DNA of 64,000 nt, from contig CM000152.2 in the NCBI GenBank assembly GCA_000004695.1, positions 3,584,001-3,648,000 on the forward strand, given 5' to 3'. Both the position numbers and the translations under genes were made by a program. Numbering within the stretch: position 1 is the stretch's first letter; each line of letters opens with the position of its first letter. Positions 14,294 to 27,194 of this stretch are shown piece by piece. Source of the stretch: Dictyostelium discoideum (lineage: Eukaryota). A model generated the notes under the pieces. It saw only the letters and a list, made by a program, of their open reading frames with translations. It did no database searches and had not been told where the DNA came from.

Positions 14294-15733
14294 TTAACTT
14301 GGATTTAAAAATTCTTGATCAATTAAATTTGTCATTTGGTTGGGTTTCAAATTTAAGATATCAAAATGAATATTAACATTTAAATTTTTATCACATGGAA
14401 TGAAATTTGTTCTATCGTGAATATTTTCAAAATATGGACTTTCCAAAATTTCATTGACTGAATATCTATCTCTTGGATCCCAACATAGCATATTTTTTAA
14501 AAGGTCAATTTGAATTTGATTACAGCCTATAAATGTATTATTAAATGTTGGTTGAAAACTATTTTTTCTATTATATTCCATTAGGAAAAACAATAATTCT
14601 CCTTTTACAACATAAGCTCCTTCTGAAGCTTTTGGTGCACCTATTAATTTATAAATTGATTTCAAATGTTCTTTACCTAAAATTATTTTAAAAAAAAAAG
14701 TAAAAAGAAAATAAAAAAAATTAGAAATTTAAATAAATTAATTTATAATTTAAAATAATTAAATAAATAATAAAATAAAATACAAACTGTTGAAAGATCT
14801 AAATAATCTTTTACCTAACAATAGTTCTGCAAATAAAACACCAGCACCCCAAACATCAGTAGCTTCAGTATATAAAGAATCACCCCAAATTGTTTCAGGA
14901 GCACGATAAGAGTAAGTATTAGTAATATACTCCTTATTGAATAAAAAGGTAGGATCAGTATCTAATAGAAAGCAATTATTAAATTCTGTGAATTTAATAT
15001 TAAAATTTTCATCAACGAAAATTGAGTTTTCTGGATCTAAATCTCTATGGATAACTCCGGCAGAATGCATAAACTTTAAACCCATTAAAATTTCATAGAA
15101 CAATTGGCAAATATCATCTTGATCAAGCATGTTATTAGATATTAAATTCAATAATGAATATTGTGGTTGAATTGATTCAAAATAAAAATCTTCATCATCT
15201 TTTTGTTGAATCAATGTTGAATGTTGTTGTGGATTATCATTTGAACTTATAATTGAATTTAGAATAGATGTCAATGGAGGTTGATATGAATCTGAACATT
15301 TTCTTTTAAAAATACTTTGATAGGTTGAAATATGTTTACCACCTTGGAAAAGATTTTGAAAAATTAAATTTCTAATAATTCTATGGCCATTTAATTCATT
15401 ATCAAACATTCTTTTTGATAGTTTTTTTAAAATTACTCTTTTTTGAGTTTCAAAATTAAAAGCAATAAACATGATACCATTGGTGCCACAGTCTACAATT
15501 GTATTTGGATCAATTAGCATCTTTCTTGGAACAGAGATTGAACGACCATCGGTATAATAAGTTATTGTATCATTTTGATTGGATGGTGTTATTAATGTAG
15601 GTGGTGGTAACATTTGACCTTGGCCATTGCATTTTTTATAATTTTTACCAATATCAATAGTATCACTATTATTTTCAAAATCAAAAATATTATTGTCTGA
15701 ATTATCGTGATTTAGAATATAATAAATATCCAT
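14294..15733 (-). CDS. CMGC-group (MAPK/CDK-like) protein kinase, probably a pseudokinase. Two exons: join(14815..15733,14294..14676), 433 aa.
   Basis: Kinase subdomains are present: VILKKL, HRDLDPEN (D replaces the catalytic-loop Lys), TEF in place of DFG, YRAPE, DVWGAGV. A GTAAAAG donor and a TTTTAG acceptor are present with the frame conserved (..AELLLG|KEHLKS..). Confidence 0.75.
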
Positions 15734-16160
15734 TTTTATTATAATTTGAAAAATATTATATTTAAAATTATTAAAAGTAATAGAATAATAATACAAATAA
15801 TTAAATTATTAATAATAAAAAAAATATAAAAAATAAAAAATTAATTGTAATTGTTTTTATTTATTGTAGGATGTGCAATAAAAAAAAAAAAAATAAAAAA
15901 AATTAAAATTAAATTAAATTAAATTAAATTAAATTAAATTAAATTAAATTAAATTAAATAAATACAATTTAATTGTAATTAAATAATTATAAATAATATG
16001 TGAGACAGCTACAAAAAAAATTAAAAAGAAAGTGGTTAATCAACAAAGTAACCACAATCACACTCACCACCACCACTCAAAAATTACATAGCGATGTTTT
16101 TTTTTTTTTTTTTTTGGTGCATATTTTTTGAATTTTGCTTTTGGGAATGCAAATTTCAAC

Positions 16161-16211
<51 letters not shown>

Positions 16212-16494
16212 AATAGTGCGATATATTATTACTTGGTTTATTGCACTAAATTTTATTATGACAACACTATGACCACAAAAGTTTGTATAACTTAATTTTT
16301 TAATTTTCCATTGTTTTTTTTTTTTTTTTTAAAATTGATGTTTTTATCCTATCAGAGAAAAAATATTTTTTTAATATAAATTAGTATATAAAAATTGAAC
16401 ATTCAAAAATACACAATATGATAAAGAAAATAATTTATCCGTTCTTTTTTTTGAATTTTTTTTTTTTTTTTTGATCTAGATTTACAAATAAAAA

Positions 16495-16660
16495 ATTATC
16501 ATTAAAAAACAAAATATGCCAATGTGTTTGGTGGTAATAATGAGATTTTTCTTTTTTTTTCTTTCAAAAATGAACCGACACGATAGAATGAATTCAATTT
16601 TAGTATTTTTTTCCTTCAAAATTGAAAAGACACAACACATTTGGTGTGTTTTTTATTTTT
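16495..16660. repeat. Solo copy of the hairpin-repeat unit
   Basis: About 85% identical to the units at 28425..28600. Confidence 0.6.
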
Positions 16661-17582
16661 TTTATAATTTTTTTTTTTATTAAATTAAGAGAGTTGTTAA
16701 ATAATAATTATAATAATAAAAATAATTTTCAAAACAATTAAAATAAAGAATATATTACATCATCCAACAGAAAATACATTTTATACAATTTAATTTACCT
16801 TTAATATTTATTAAATTGAATTTATAAATTTTAAATAAATAAATAACTTTTATTTTTGTTAATTATTTTTTTTTTTTTTATAAAAGGTTGTTATTAAAAA
16901 ATTTTTTGTTTGGTTTTTTTTTTTTTTTTTAAATTTAAAAAAAGAATGTTAACTTATAGATCACTTTGCTAATGCCAGATAGTAATGAAATTAAACCATA
17001 GAAACTATTAAAATATTTTAGTGGTGAATTTTTTTATATTGCCTTGAATCAAGAGATTCTTGCTGCCTATGGCTGTTTGCCTATTTTTTCGTGTGCGACC
17101 ATTTGGTAAACTTGACATTTTAGGCTGCACCATGGTGATCGGCGACCACCACATACAAAGACTTAATTGAAAAAAAAAATTAAAATTTTATTTTTTAAAT
17201 TAGGCTCGTGACCAAATAAAAAACGCTTCAAACATACAACGAAATAAAATAAAATAAAATAAAATAAATAAAAAAATTATTTGTAATAATATTTTAAAAA
17301 ATAAATATTAATTTTAAAATTAATCAATTATTCTTAAACTATTATTTTATATAAATAAATCATTATTACCTTATTTAATTAAATAATATAAACAATTATT
17401 TTATTATTTTAATTTTCTATTAAATAAATTTGTTTTTTTATTTTTGTTTTATTTTTTCTTCATCTACAAGAATCATATTCTATATGTTAATGATTATTGA
17501 CTGTATTGTTGCGCATATGGTGATTTTTTTTATCTTTTTTTTTTTTTCTTTTTAAATAATAATTTAATACAACTTTGTATTC

Positions 17583-18075
17583 ACCTAAAAAAGATTTTGA
17601 ACAAGTCTATCACTGGATTTCTAGTTTCTCTGTAATACCAATAATAACAAGACGAATAGTTACACTAGCATCGTAGCAAAACCTTTGATTACCATAGAAT
17701 CAGAGATTAAAAATGGGTCAATATTCTCTTGTACTTGACCTTTCTTAATTGGGTCATATTCAGCAGTGATTGATGATTCATCATAAGTCATGTTGATAAT
17801 CAGCGTTAGCATGTAAAGCAACTTCAATTGATCTAATAGAATAAAGCATTTCTAGTGGTACAACATTCTTTGCTAATTAAACCATCACAAGCGGTTTCAT
17901 GATTTTCAAATACCACAGCGATAGATCTTTTCAATGATACATTTCGACAGAATTGGTTATCATATTTCAAGAGGGCACACTCTTCCAAAGGTTTCAATAC
18001 TTTTCAAACACCGATTGTGATGATTATAATTTTCTCTTTATTAAATTGGATAACTCTTCAATCATCATTCTCCAA
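17583..18075. mobile_element. Interspersed repeat X, about 0.5 kb, GC-richer, no long ORF. Unclassified.
   Basis: Matches the reverse complement of 22829..23455 (which has an extra internal segment) and the internally deleted copy at 42285..42345. Confidence 0.45.
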
Positions 18076-19666
18076 TTTTTGAAAATAAAAAAACAAAATT
18101 AGTAAAAATAATTAATTTATTTGTTCATTCATTTATTTTATTTATTTATTAATTTAATTTTTTTTTTTTTTTTTATTTTTATTTTTTTTTAAAAAAAAAA
18201 AAACAACCTACATTCATATGATATGGTGAACTTTTTACTTGTTTTACTATTTTGGTTGACCATATCCCCTGAATTATTTTGATTGGACTAAAAAAAAAAA
18301 ATAAAAAAAAAAAATAAAAAATTGTGAATGATAAATATTAAATATATTATTTTTTTTTTTTTTTTTTTTTAAATAAATAATAATTTAATACAATGTGGTA
18401 ACAATTGTGAATAAAAAAATAATAATTAATTCATTTTATGGTCAAACATCAAAAAATAAAAAATAAAAAAAGATCTGGCCAATTTTTTTTTTTTTTAACG
18501 TTGCGATAACTTTTTTTTTTTTTGATTTTTTTTTTTTTTTTTTTTTTTGATTTTTTTTTTTTTGATTTTTTTTTTTGCTTTTTATAAACTTTTTTTTTTT
18601 TCTCAACGTTTTCTGTATAAATTTTTTAAAAAATTGTTGGTGCAGTTAATTAATAAATAAAAAAATATAAAAAAAAAAAATTTTAGATTATTAATTGTTT
18701 TCTTTTTTTATTTTTATTTATTTTTTTTTTTAAAAAGCTCATTATTTTCTTTAAAAGGATTATAATGAGAATTGGATGGGTGGGAGGGGGTTATATTACC
18801 TATTTTTTAAGAAGATTTACTTTGTTATACCTTTTCTTTCAATGGTAACTATTGATAAAAAAATAAAATTATAATAATAAAATTAAAATTCAAATATTAA
18901 TTTTTTTTTTTTTTTTAATTTTAAAGATTAGTTTATGGTAGAGAAAACTTCCTAAAGAGCAACAAAGGTTCTGATTGGATAAACTTCAATTTACGGCAAT
19001 GGTACTTTAAAGTTTCCAAAAAGATTGTCCCAAAAGGTACGGCAATGGTGCTATTGGAACAAAAATATAACCAGCAACAATAAAAAAAAAATAAAAAATA
19101 AAAAAAAAAATAAAAAAAACTATTTCTTCTTGTGTTTGTTTTATTTATTCCTTTATTACTATACATTTTTTTTATATACCTCTTTGTTTTATTATCTTTT
19201 TTATCATTAAATTAGTGATATAAATCAAATAATAGTTTTATTTTTTTTTTTTTTTTGTTTTTTTTTTTATTATTTTTTTTTTTTTTTTATTACTATACAC
19301 ACCAAATGTGTTGTGTCTTTTCATTTTTCAAACCAACAAATACTGCATTTGCAATAATCTTTTTAATTATGTTGTGTTTATTTTTTTACATTACCAAAAA
19401 TTACTATTTCACCCAAACAGTGGTTGGTAGTGTTGTTATTTTTTTTACTTATATTTTTTTATTTTTTTATTTTTTTAATTTTTTTTTTTATGTGAGAATT
19501 AAATTAAAATACAAAAAAAAAATAAGAATAAAACCATTTTTTGTATATTTTTTCTATTTTCCCACGAAATCACAGAATTGTTGACCCCCAATGAGTGGTT
19601 TTTGTTTTTATAATTTTTTATTTTTTTTTATTTTTTTCAATTCATACACACAAAATAAAATCATAA

Positions 19667-19704
<38 letters not shown>

Positions 19705-20055
19705 CCACTCTTAAAAACAAAATAAATATTTTTAAATTAAAATAAAAATAACAAAAATCTATTTTAAGAAAAAAAAAAAAAAAAAAAAAAATAAAAAATT
19801 ATAAAAAAATTCTCGGCATCTCTGAAAAAATTATTCCCAAATTTTTTGGAAAAAAAAAAAAAGAAAATAAAAAAATTTAATTTGATCATCCAAAACATAA
19901 AAAAAATTAAAACAAATTAAAAAAAAAATATACATTAATTTTTTTTTTTCTTTTCAATTATTTTATTTTTATTTTCACACAACCAATTAATTTATATTCA
20001 TATATTAAATAATAATAAAAAAAAAAAAAAAAAAAAAATTATATAAATTTTTGAA

Positions 20056-20451
20056 ATGGTAAAAAATAGTGAACATCTACCATGGTATTTAGGCAGTGAC
20101 TCTGCAACCGCTGCTTCCACAGCAACTGATGCCACCTCTGCAGATGGTGCCGCCTCTGAAACTGATGCCGCCTCTGCAACTGATACCACCTCTGCAACTG
20201 ATCCCACCTCTGCAACTGATCCCATTGCCACTACCAATACCACCGGCATTACATCCAGTGGTCCTACTACCAACGGTAGAAGAGGTAGACCATATATATC
20301 AACACCACCAAATCGTTGCTATGATTGTGGAAGAACCAGATCTCCATATTGGAGAAAAGGAACCTACAACGGCCAAGTTGTACATCTTTGCAACGCTTGT
20401 GGTTTAAATCATATCAAAATCGCAAAAAAATCATCAGCAATATTTTTGTAA
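20056..20451 (+). CDS. GATA-type zinc-finger protein, single exon, 131 aa
   Basis: Contains CYDCGRTRSPYWRKGTYNGQVVHLCNACGL, a C-X2-C-X17-C-X2-C finger. The N-terminus is built from an imperfect 18-bp (SATDxT)n repeat. Confidence 0.75.
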   Translation: MVKNSEHLPWYLGSDSATAASTATDATSADGAASETDAASATDTTSATDPTSATDPIATTNTTGITSSGPTTNGRRGRPYISTPPNRCYDCGRTRSPYWRKGTYNGQVVHLCNACGLNHIKIAKKSSAIFL

Positions 20452-21401
20452 TTTAAAATCAAAACAATTTTATTTAATTTTACTTTTCAAAAAAAAAAAA
20501 AAAATAATAATAATAATTTGTATTAACAAATAAATAAATAAATAAAAATATAGCAATAAAGATTAAAAATTAAAAACACATAAATTATTTATTTTTTAAT
20601 ATTTCTTTTTTTTATTTATTTATTTTTAATAATTTAAAAATTAATTTTGGATATAATCCACACTTGATCCTGTTGATGTTGCAGTTTTTGCTAAAATGTT
20701 TGTCAATTGTTTTTTTATTTTTTATTTTGTAAATGAGTTATAAAAGCATTTAGAGGTAAATCAATTGTTTTTTTATTTTTTATTTTGTTTTTTTTAAGTT
20801 TTATAAATTTCTATGGGGAGTCGCACAGAAAATAAAATAATAAAAGAAAAATAAAAAAATAAAAAAAAACAAACCCACAAAATTACTTTTCACCACCTTT
20901 AATGCTGAAATTTTTACGTCAGACCCCTTATAAATTTCTTTATTTCTTTATTTATTTTATTTTTTTTAAATATTCATATTAAAAATAAATAAAATTAAAT
21001 CGTTAAAAAATTAAAATAAAAAATTTTGATAAATAATTATTTATCATTCATTTTTTGTAATTGTTTTTTTATTTTGAAGACAACAAAATGGAAGATTTTT
21101 TAAAAAAAAAAAAAAAAAAACCAAAAAAAATTGATTTATTTGGAATATTTTTTTATTTTATTTATGTTTTTTTTATGGAATGTGGGTTTTTTTATTATCT
21201 GTATTTTTTTTCTCTCAAAAAAGAAACGACACTACACATTTGTTGTATGAATTTATAAAACCTTAAAATTAAATATAAAAAAAAAAATAAAAATAAAAAA
21301 AATAAAAATAAAAATTCCCTTTCTAAAGAGTGAAACATTATGTGTCTTTTTTTGTTATTCATCAAATTTTATTTATTTTTTTTTCTATTTTTTTATAATT
21401 A

Positions 21402-21492
<91 letters not shown>

Positions 21493-21550
21493 TAAATAAA
21501 TAATACAGAAATTAAGTAAATAAAATTCGGATGGAACCTACATAAATTTA

Positions 21551-22033
21551 TTATTGTCCTTGATTTGGTTGGTTTGGTTGGTTTGCTGCTGCTGCTGCTG
21601 CTGCATCATCCTCAGCGAATAACTGGGCGATGAGATTCATGTCAACTAAATCGTGAGTATTAACTGGTGTTAAAACTGCATAGTTAATATCAATATGGGG
21701 ATATTGTTTTTGTGTATATAATATGGCCTCGTCAACTTCAGCTCTGATATCCCAACCTGCTTGATCAGATCTTGCGAAAAAAATAGCAGCGGTGTCACCC
21801 ATTTTTGGGTACCATATTGGGTTTCTATTGAGTCTTGCTTTAAATCTTTTTCTGGCATTTGTTATGTAATTAGGTGAGGCGTAATCATAATTGGCACCGT
21901 TATTGGTAGCAGCCAAGGCAAGTACAGTTTGTGGTATTTGATCTAAATCTCTAATTTTTATTGCTTTTGTGACAATTACTTTTGAACAATACACACCATT
22001 GTCATTATATAAACTTGGGTTGATTGACGACAT
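21551..22033 (-). CDS. Hypothetical 160-aa protein, copy 1 of a duplicated gene
   Basis: Intact ATG-to-stop ORF with coding-like composition. It is nearly identical to 30124..30606 (2 aa differences) and ends in poly-Ala and NQP repeats. Confidence 0.65.
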   Translation of the reverse strand: MSSINPSLYNDNGVYCSKVIVTKAIKIRDLDQIPQTVLALAATNNGANYDYASPNYITNARKRFKARLNRNPIWYPKMGDTAAIFFARSDQAGWDIRAEVDEAILYTQKQYPHIDINYAVLTPVNTHDLVDMNLIAQLFAEDDAAAAAAANQPNQPNQGQ

Positions 22034-22608
22034 TCTTGAAAAAATAAAAAAATTAAAAAAAAAAAATTTTTTTTGAAATGATTTTTATCTAAAATATTTC
22101 GAGATTTTATAAAAAAAATTAAACTTTTTTTGATTTTGCAGCGTCACCACTACTATGTAAAATATTTACAATGCATTTACAATGCAATTACATTGTGATT
22201 TGTCTTTAAGTAAATTAACGTATCCCATATTAATTTTATCTATAATCAGAGAGATATAAAACTAATTTTTTTTTTTTTTTATATCTAAAAACTAGGAAAA
22301 AATATTAAAAAATAAAAATAAAAAAATCTTTTTAATTAAAAATATTTATTCGGTCATTCATTTTTCTTTTTTTTTTTTAAAAAAAAAACAATAAATAAAT
22401 AAAGGAAAAAAAGAAATTTATGAAACTTAAAAAAAAAAAGTAAAAAAGTTTTTTTTGGAATTTATTTTTTTTTTTTTTTTATATTTATAATTCAACAATA
22501 AACAAAATCAACAACATAATGTCTAAATGATCAAATAATTCTCTGGGTGAAGATATGGTCAACCAAAATATAAAACAAGTAAAAAAAGTTCAATATAGAT
22601 GTAAGTTG

Positions 22609-22639
<31 letters not shown>

Positions 22640-22828
22640 GAAAAAATAAAAACAAATAAAAAATAAATAAAAATAAAAAATAAATAAAATAAAAAAAAAA
22701 AAAATAAATAAATAAAATAAATAAATAAATAAATAAATAAATAAATTAAAAAATTAATGTATGAATTAGTAAATAAATAAATTAATATTTTTACTAATTT
22801 TTTTTTATTTATTTTCAAATTAGAGAAT

Positions 22829-23455
22829 GATCATTGAAGAGTTATCCAATTTAATAAAGAGAAATTTATTATGGTCACAATCGGTGTTTGAAATGTATTG
22901 AAACCATAGAAAGGGTGTACCCGCTTGAAATATGACAACTAATACTCGAAATGTACCATTGAAAAGAGCTATCGCTATTGTATTTGAAAATCGTGAAACC
23001 ACTGGCGATGATTTAATTGGCAAAGAATGTGTACCACTAGAAATGGTTTAATCTATTCGATCAATAGAAATTGCTTTACATGTTCTCGCTGATTATAAAC
23101 ATGACCTATGATGAATAATCGATCACTGCTGAATGTGACCCAATTAAGAAAAGTCAAGCATAAGAGAATATGACCCATTCTTAATCTCTGGTTCTATGGT
23201 AATCAAAGGTTTTGGTACTATGTTAGTCACAGCCGTTGGTGAAATTATAATAATTTCATTCAATAGTAAACAAGTTAGCCAAAATCAACAAAAATGTTAA
23301 ATTATGTTACACTTTGAATTATACAAATTCATTATTAGTTTTAGCAAGTGAAAACTCCATTCGAGACAAAACAAGATAATATTGGTGTTGTTATTATTGG
23401 TATTACAGAGAAACTAGAAATCCAGCGATAGACTTGTTCAAAATCTTTTTTAAGC
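22829..23455. mobile_element. Repeat X copy (reverse orientation relative to 17583..18075), inserted in the ARF upstream region
   Basis: This segment is absent from the paralogous sequence at 42285, which retains only the two X termini. Confidence 0.5.
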
Positions 23456-23524
23456 CAATACAACGCTCAATTAAATTATTATTTTTTAAAATCACATATT
23501 CACAACTATACAGTCAATAATCAA

Positions 23525-23900
23525 ATGGTCGTACACCACCAGCTGGTGGTCAGTGACCTAATATGAGAAGACCGCAGTCTACAAATATCTAGCGAACACT
23601 GACCCATTATTGTCAAACGGCCGTCGGACACCAGCCTTTTAATTCATTACCACCTGGCATTGGCAAAAGTGATCTATAAGTTAAAAATTTTTAACTTATA
23701 GATCTATAAGTTAAAAATTTTTTTTAAATTGTTTAAAAAAAAAATAAAAAAAAAAATTAATTAAATTTTCTAAAATACATTTTATACAGTTTTATTTACT
23801 GTTGTAGGGAATTTTTTTTGAAATTTCGCTTTCTAAACGGCAGTGAATTTTTACACTAAAATACACTGTTTATACCTTTATTTATTAAATTGAATTAATA
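23525..23900. mobile_element. Repeat modules Y and Z carrying a solo 78-bp TIR (23789..23866) of the TTAA-type element. A 34-bp perfect palindrome lies at 23659..23692.
   Basis: Y matches 10020..10150 and Z matches 10230..10360. The solo TIR is identical in sequence to 30791..30866. Confidence 0.45.
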
Positions 23901-24518
23901 AATGTATAACTTTTTTTTATTTTTTTTAATAAATTTTTTTTTTTTTTTTTTTTTTTTATATGGATTGATGTATAAACAAAATAATTCAAAATTGTAAAAT
24001 TAATTATTAAAATTAAAAATAAAAATAATAAAAAATAATAAAAATTAATAATTAAAATTAAAAATAAAAATAATAAAAATATGAATTTTATTACTAAATC
24101 TTTTTTTTTTTTTTTTTTTAATTTTTATTCCCATTTTTCCTTTTTTTTTTTTTTTTTTTAGATTTACTGTACTTTACTTTATATTTGTCGTCAATGCATC
24201 ACTTTGAAAATTTAAAATACATAACAAAAAAAAAAAAAAAATTAAACAGTGCAGGAATTGATTTTTCAATTAAAAAAAAAGAAAAATCTCACTATTTCCA
24301 TGATTATTGTTTCTATTAATACTATAACCCCATTATTATTACCATTTATATTAATATTATTATAAATTGTTTTTTTTTTTTTTGTTCACCCCCAATAAAT
24401 TTATCACAAAATATGTCCTCATTCATTAGTTATTAAAGAAACTAAAAATAAAATAAAACAATAAATATAATTAAAATAACAAAATAAAATAAAATAAAAT
24501 AAAATAAAATAAAATAAA

Positions 24519-24614
24519 ATGTTATTAGAAATTCTCAACAGTTTAGCATCATTTTTTAGTAAGATATTCTCATTATTTGAAGGTAAAAAAGATATAAGAA
24601 AATTATTGATTGGA
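24519..24614 (+). pseudogene. ARF 5' fragment (first about 30 codons), fused to the antisense 3' part of a tgrC-like pseudogene
   Basis: [32 protein letters not shown] matches the ARF N-terminus, including the conserved (aaaat)n leader. The junction falls at a shared TTGGA. Confidence 0.7.
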
Positions 24615-26770
24615 ATTTCTGAAATCATTGGTTTTATACGTCAATGTTGTACTTGGTCCCTGGACGAACTCCTGTAGTATTTTTATTATTTGATTTTACA
24701 TTAACTTTGAATTCTTTGTCACTTGTCAATAAATTCTTACCAGAAACTGTGATATGACCTCCACAAGTAAGTGTTTTATTATCTTTATTTGTTATATGAT
24801 AAATGACAGGAGGTAATGTTAAATAAAAGAATGAATCCATATAATTACCATCTACAGTAATATTAATTGGGCCATTTTTATATGAATCCAATATTTTAAT
24901 AGTTAATTGATGATCTTTTAATTCTAGAATTTCTGATGAAATATCACTACCATTTAAATAAACTTTAATTAATGATGTTGAATTACCAAAATTATTACCA
25001 TGTAATTCAATATTAGTTCCATCATCTGAAATTGTACGATTCTCAACTTCAGGTGGTGCATATGAGAATTGATCACTGACTGTCTCTGAGTTTAATTTGA
25101 ATATAAATTGTTTATTAATACCAGTGCCATATGGTGTTGGACATGTTGTTTTATAGTAACTAGAATTTGATGATGGTATTGAACATAGTGAGGCTGATGA
25201 TGAATCACCAACAGTAATACTTGGTGCTGGTGAACTAATTGTACAATCCATATAAAATATTTCAATATTTAATATTCCATTTGATACTGTTGGTCTATTG
25301 GTTACATTTACTGATAATGATGCAGAAATTGAAAGTGTGTTTGCGGTAATATTAGAACGAGTGAAATTACTATTAAATGATCTACATCTTAAATGAGGTA
25401 ATTCAAATGTTAAACTCTTTTCATCAGATGATACATTAAATTTGCTAATGTTTGTATTATTAATTCCATCACCTATAATTGAATGGATGATTCGTTATTT
25501 GTACCAAGATTTGTACCAATTAATGTAACGATACCATTTGAATATGACCCACTTGATAATGTTGGAATATTATATGTAAATAATACACCATTAGGACTTG
25601 TTGAATCACAACCACCGAAATTAACTTTAACCGGTAAGTTTTTACCACCCAGTTCATTTTTTTCTTATTTACATTCCAATTCAGTTGGTGTTGATATAAT
25701 AAATGTACATTGTTTATCACCAATTATAATTGATGGTGTCAAAGATGAATTTAAAGTCGAAGATAGTTTTTCACCTTTAATTGTTACAATACCATCTAAA
25801 CGATTTGATAATGATGATATTGATGTTATAATTGCTGGGAAACAATGATTATAATTCTTTTCAATTGAGACACCATTTACGGTAATACTAACAGACATTG
25901 GGCCAGGCGCAACTCTATTAATGTTACTCACTTGAATTTGTGTATGATTTACTGAAATAATAAAATTTAGTTGAGTAATACCATCAAAATAAACCGTAAC
26001 CAACTTTTTATTTGTAAAGAAGTTATCACCATTAATTGTTATTATTTGTTTCAATGAGTCAAAAACGGTACTTGATATTTTAGGTGATACGTATGAAAAT
26101 GGTACTTTAAATACACCAGTTTCATCATAGTACAACCTAAAAGTTCCAGATCCTGGTGGAAATATTACAGTAATATTATTTAGAGTAGATCCATCAGAGA
26201 AATTACCTTTAACAACCAAAGGTTTAGAAGTATCAATGGAATTTAGAAGGAAATTAGGACCACCAAATAATCTTAAATATGAGCCAGTAATGACCCTATC
26301 TTCACCAGATGTTTTGGTTTTTTACTATATTTCAAATTGGATGCTTTTGGATAATATATTAAAGGCGAAACATCAAATGTACAATCCTCAACAGTATTTG
26401 ATATATCTCTAGCACATATCTTACTGTCTATACTACCCCATAATCTTGAGAATGGTTCATCTTAATGGAATAAACAATGCTCTCTCCATCAACTAGGGTA
26501 CAATTGAAATAATTTGGTGCCATTTCAGTTCTGGGTTCTTTTTCGTTTTTATACAAAATTAAACGGGTAGAATATGGGAGATTACTATTAAAAATAAATG
26601 TAAATGATTTATCATCATATATTACATCTAATAAAAAAAATTAATTACATAAACAAATTATTATAAATAATTAAAAATTTAATGATAATACCTATTGGTG
26701 ATGGACGATACATTGAATATCCTGATTTAAAGAACAAAAATAAAATCAGTAATATTATTTTCTGTTCCAT
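24615..26770 (-). pseudogene. tgrC-like pseudogene: 3' truncated with multiple frameshifts. The exon-1 signal peptide and intron are retained.
   Basis: Fragments 24634..25251 and 25665..26219 align to the intact paralogue 46672..49406. Exon 1 ([27 protein letters not shown] plus gtaagtat) lies at about 26696..26770. Confidence 0.8.
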
Positions 26771-26926
26771 TTTTATCAATAATTTTTTTTATTTTGAACT
26801 TGGCTTTGTCAATAATTTTTATAAAAGAAAATTAAAAAAGAGAAATTTAATTATTTTAGGAAATTTTAATTTTAATTAAATAAATAGATAAAAAAAGATA
26901 AAAAAAAATTAATAAATGTAGAAAAA

Positions 26927-26961
<35 letters not shown>

Positions 26962-27194
26962 ATAAATATATAAATTAAAAAAACAAAATAAAATAAAAAA
27001 ATAAATAATAATAATGAAAAAAAACCATAAAATTCTAAAAAGAGGCTATCTGGTGAATGAGTTTGAGTGTGGTGTTTCATTTATATGAAAAGGGAGTGGT
27101 TTTTTTTGTTGAATGGGGTATTTTTTTTTATGTTAAACCCCTTTTTCTAAAAATAAAAAATGTTTTTTTATGTAAATTTTTTATTAGGAAGTGT

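Noticed and set aside
19998-20407. 91-aa minus-strand and 103-aa alternative-frame ORFs overlapping the second GATA gene
   Set aside because: Same reasoning. They derive from the 18-bp coding repeat.
22624-22818. 64-aa ORF
   Set aside because: Translation of an (AAAT)n/(ATAA)n microsatellite.
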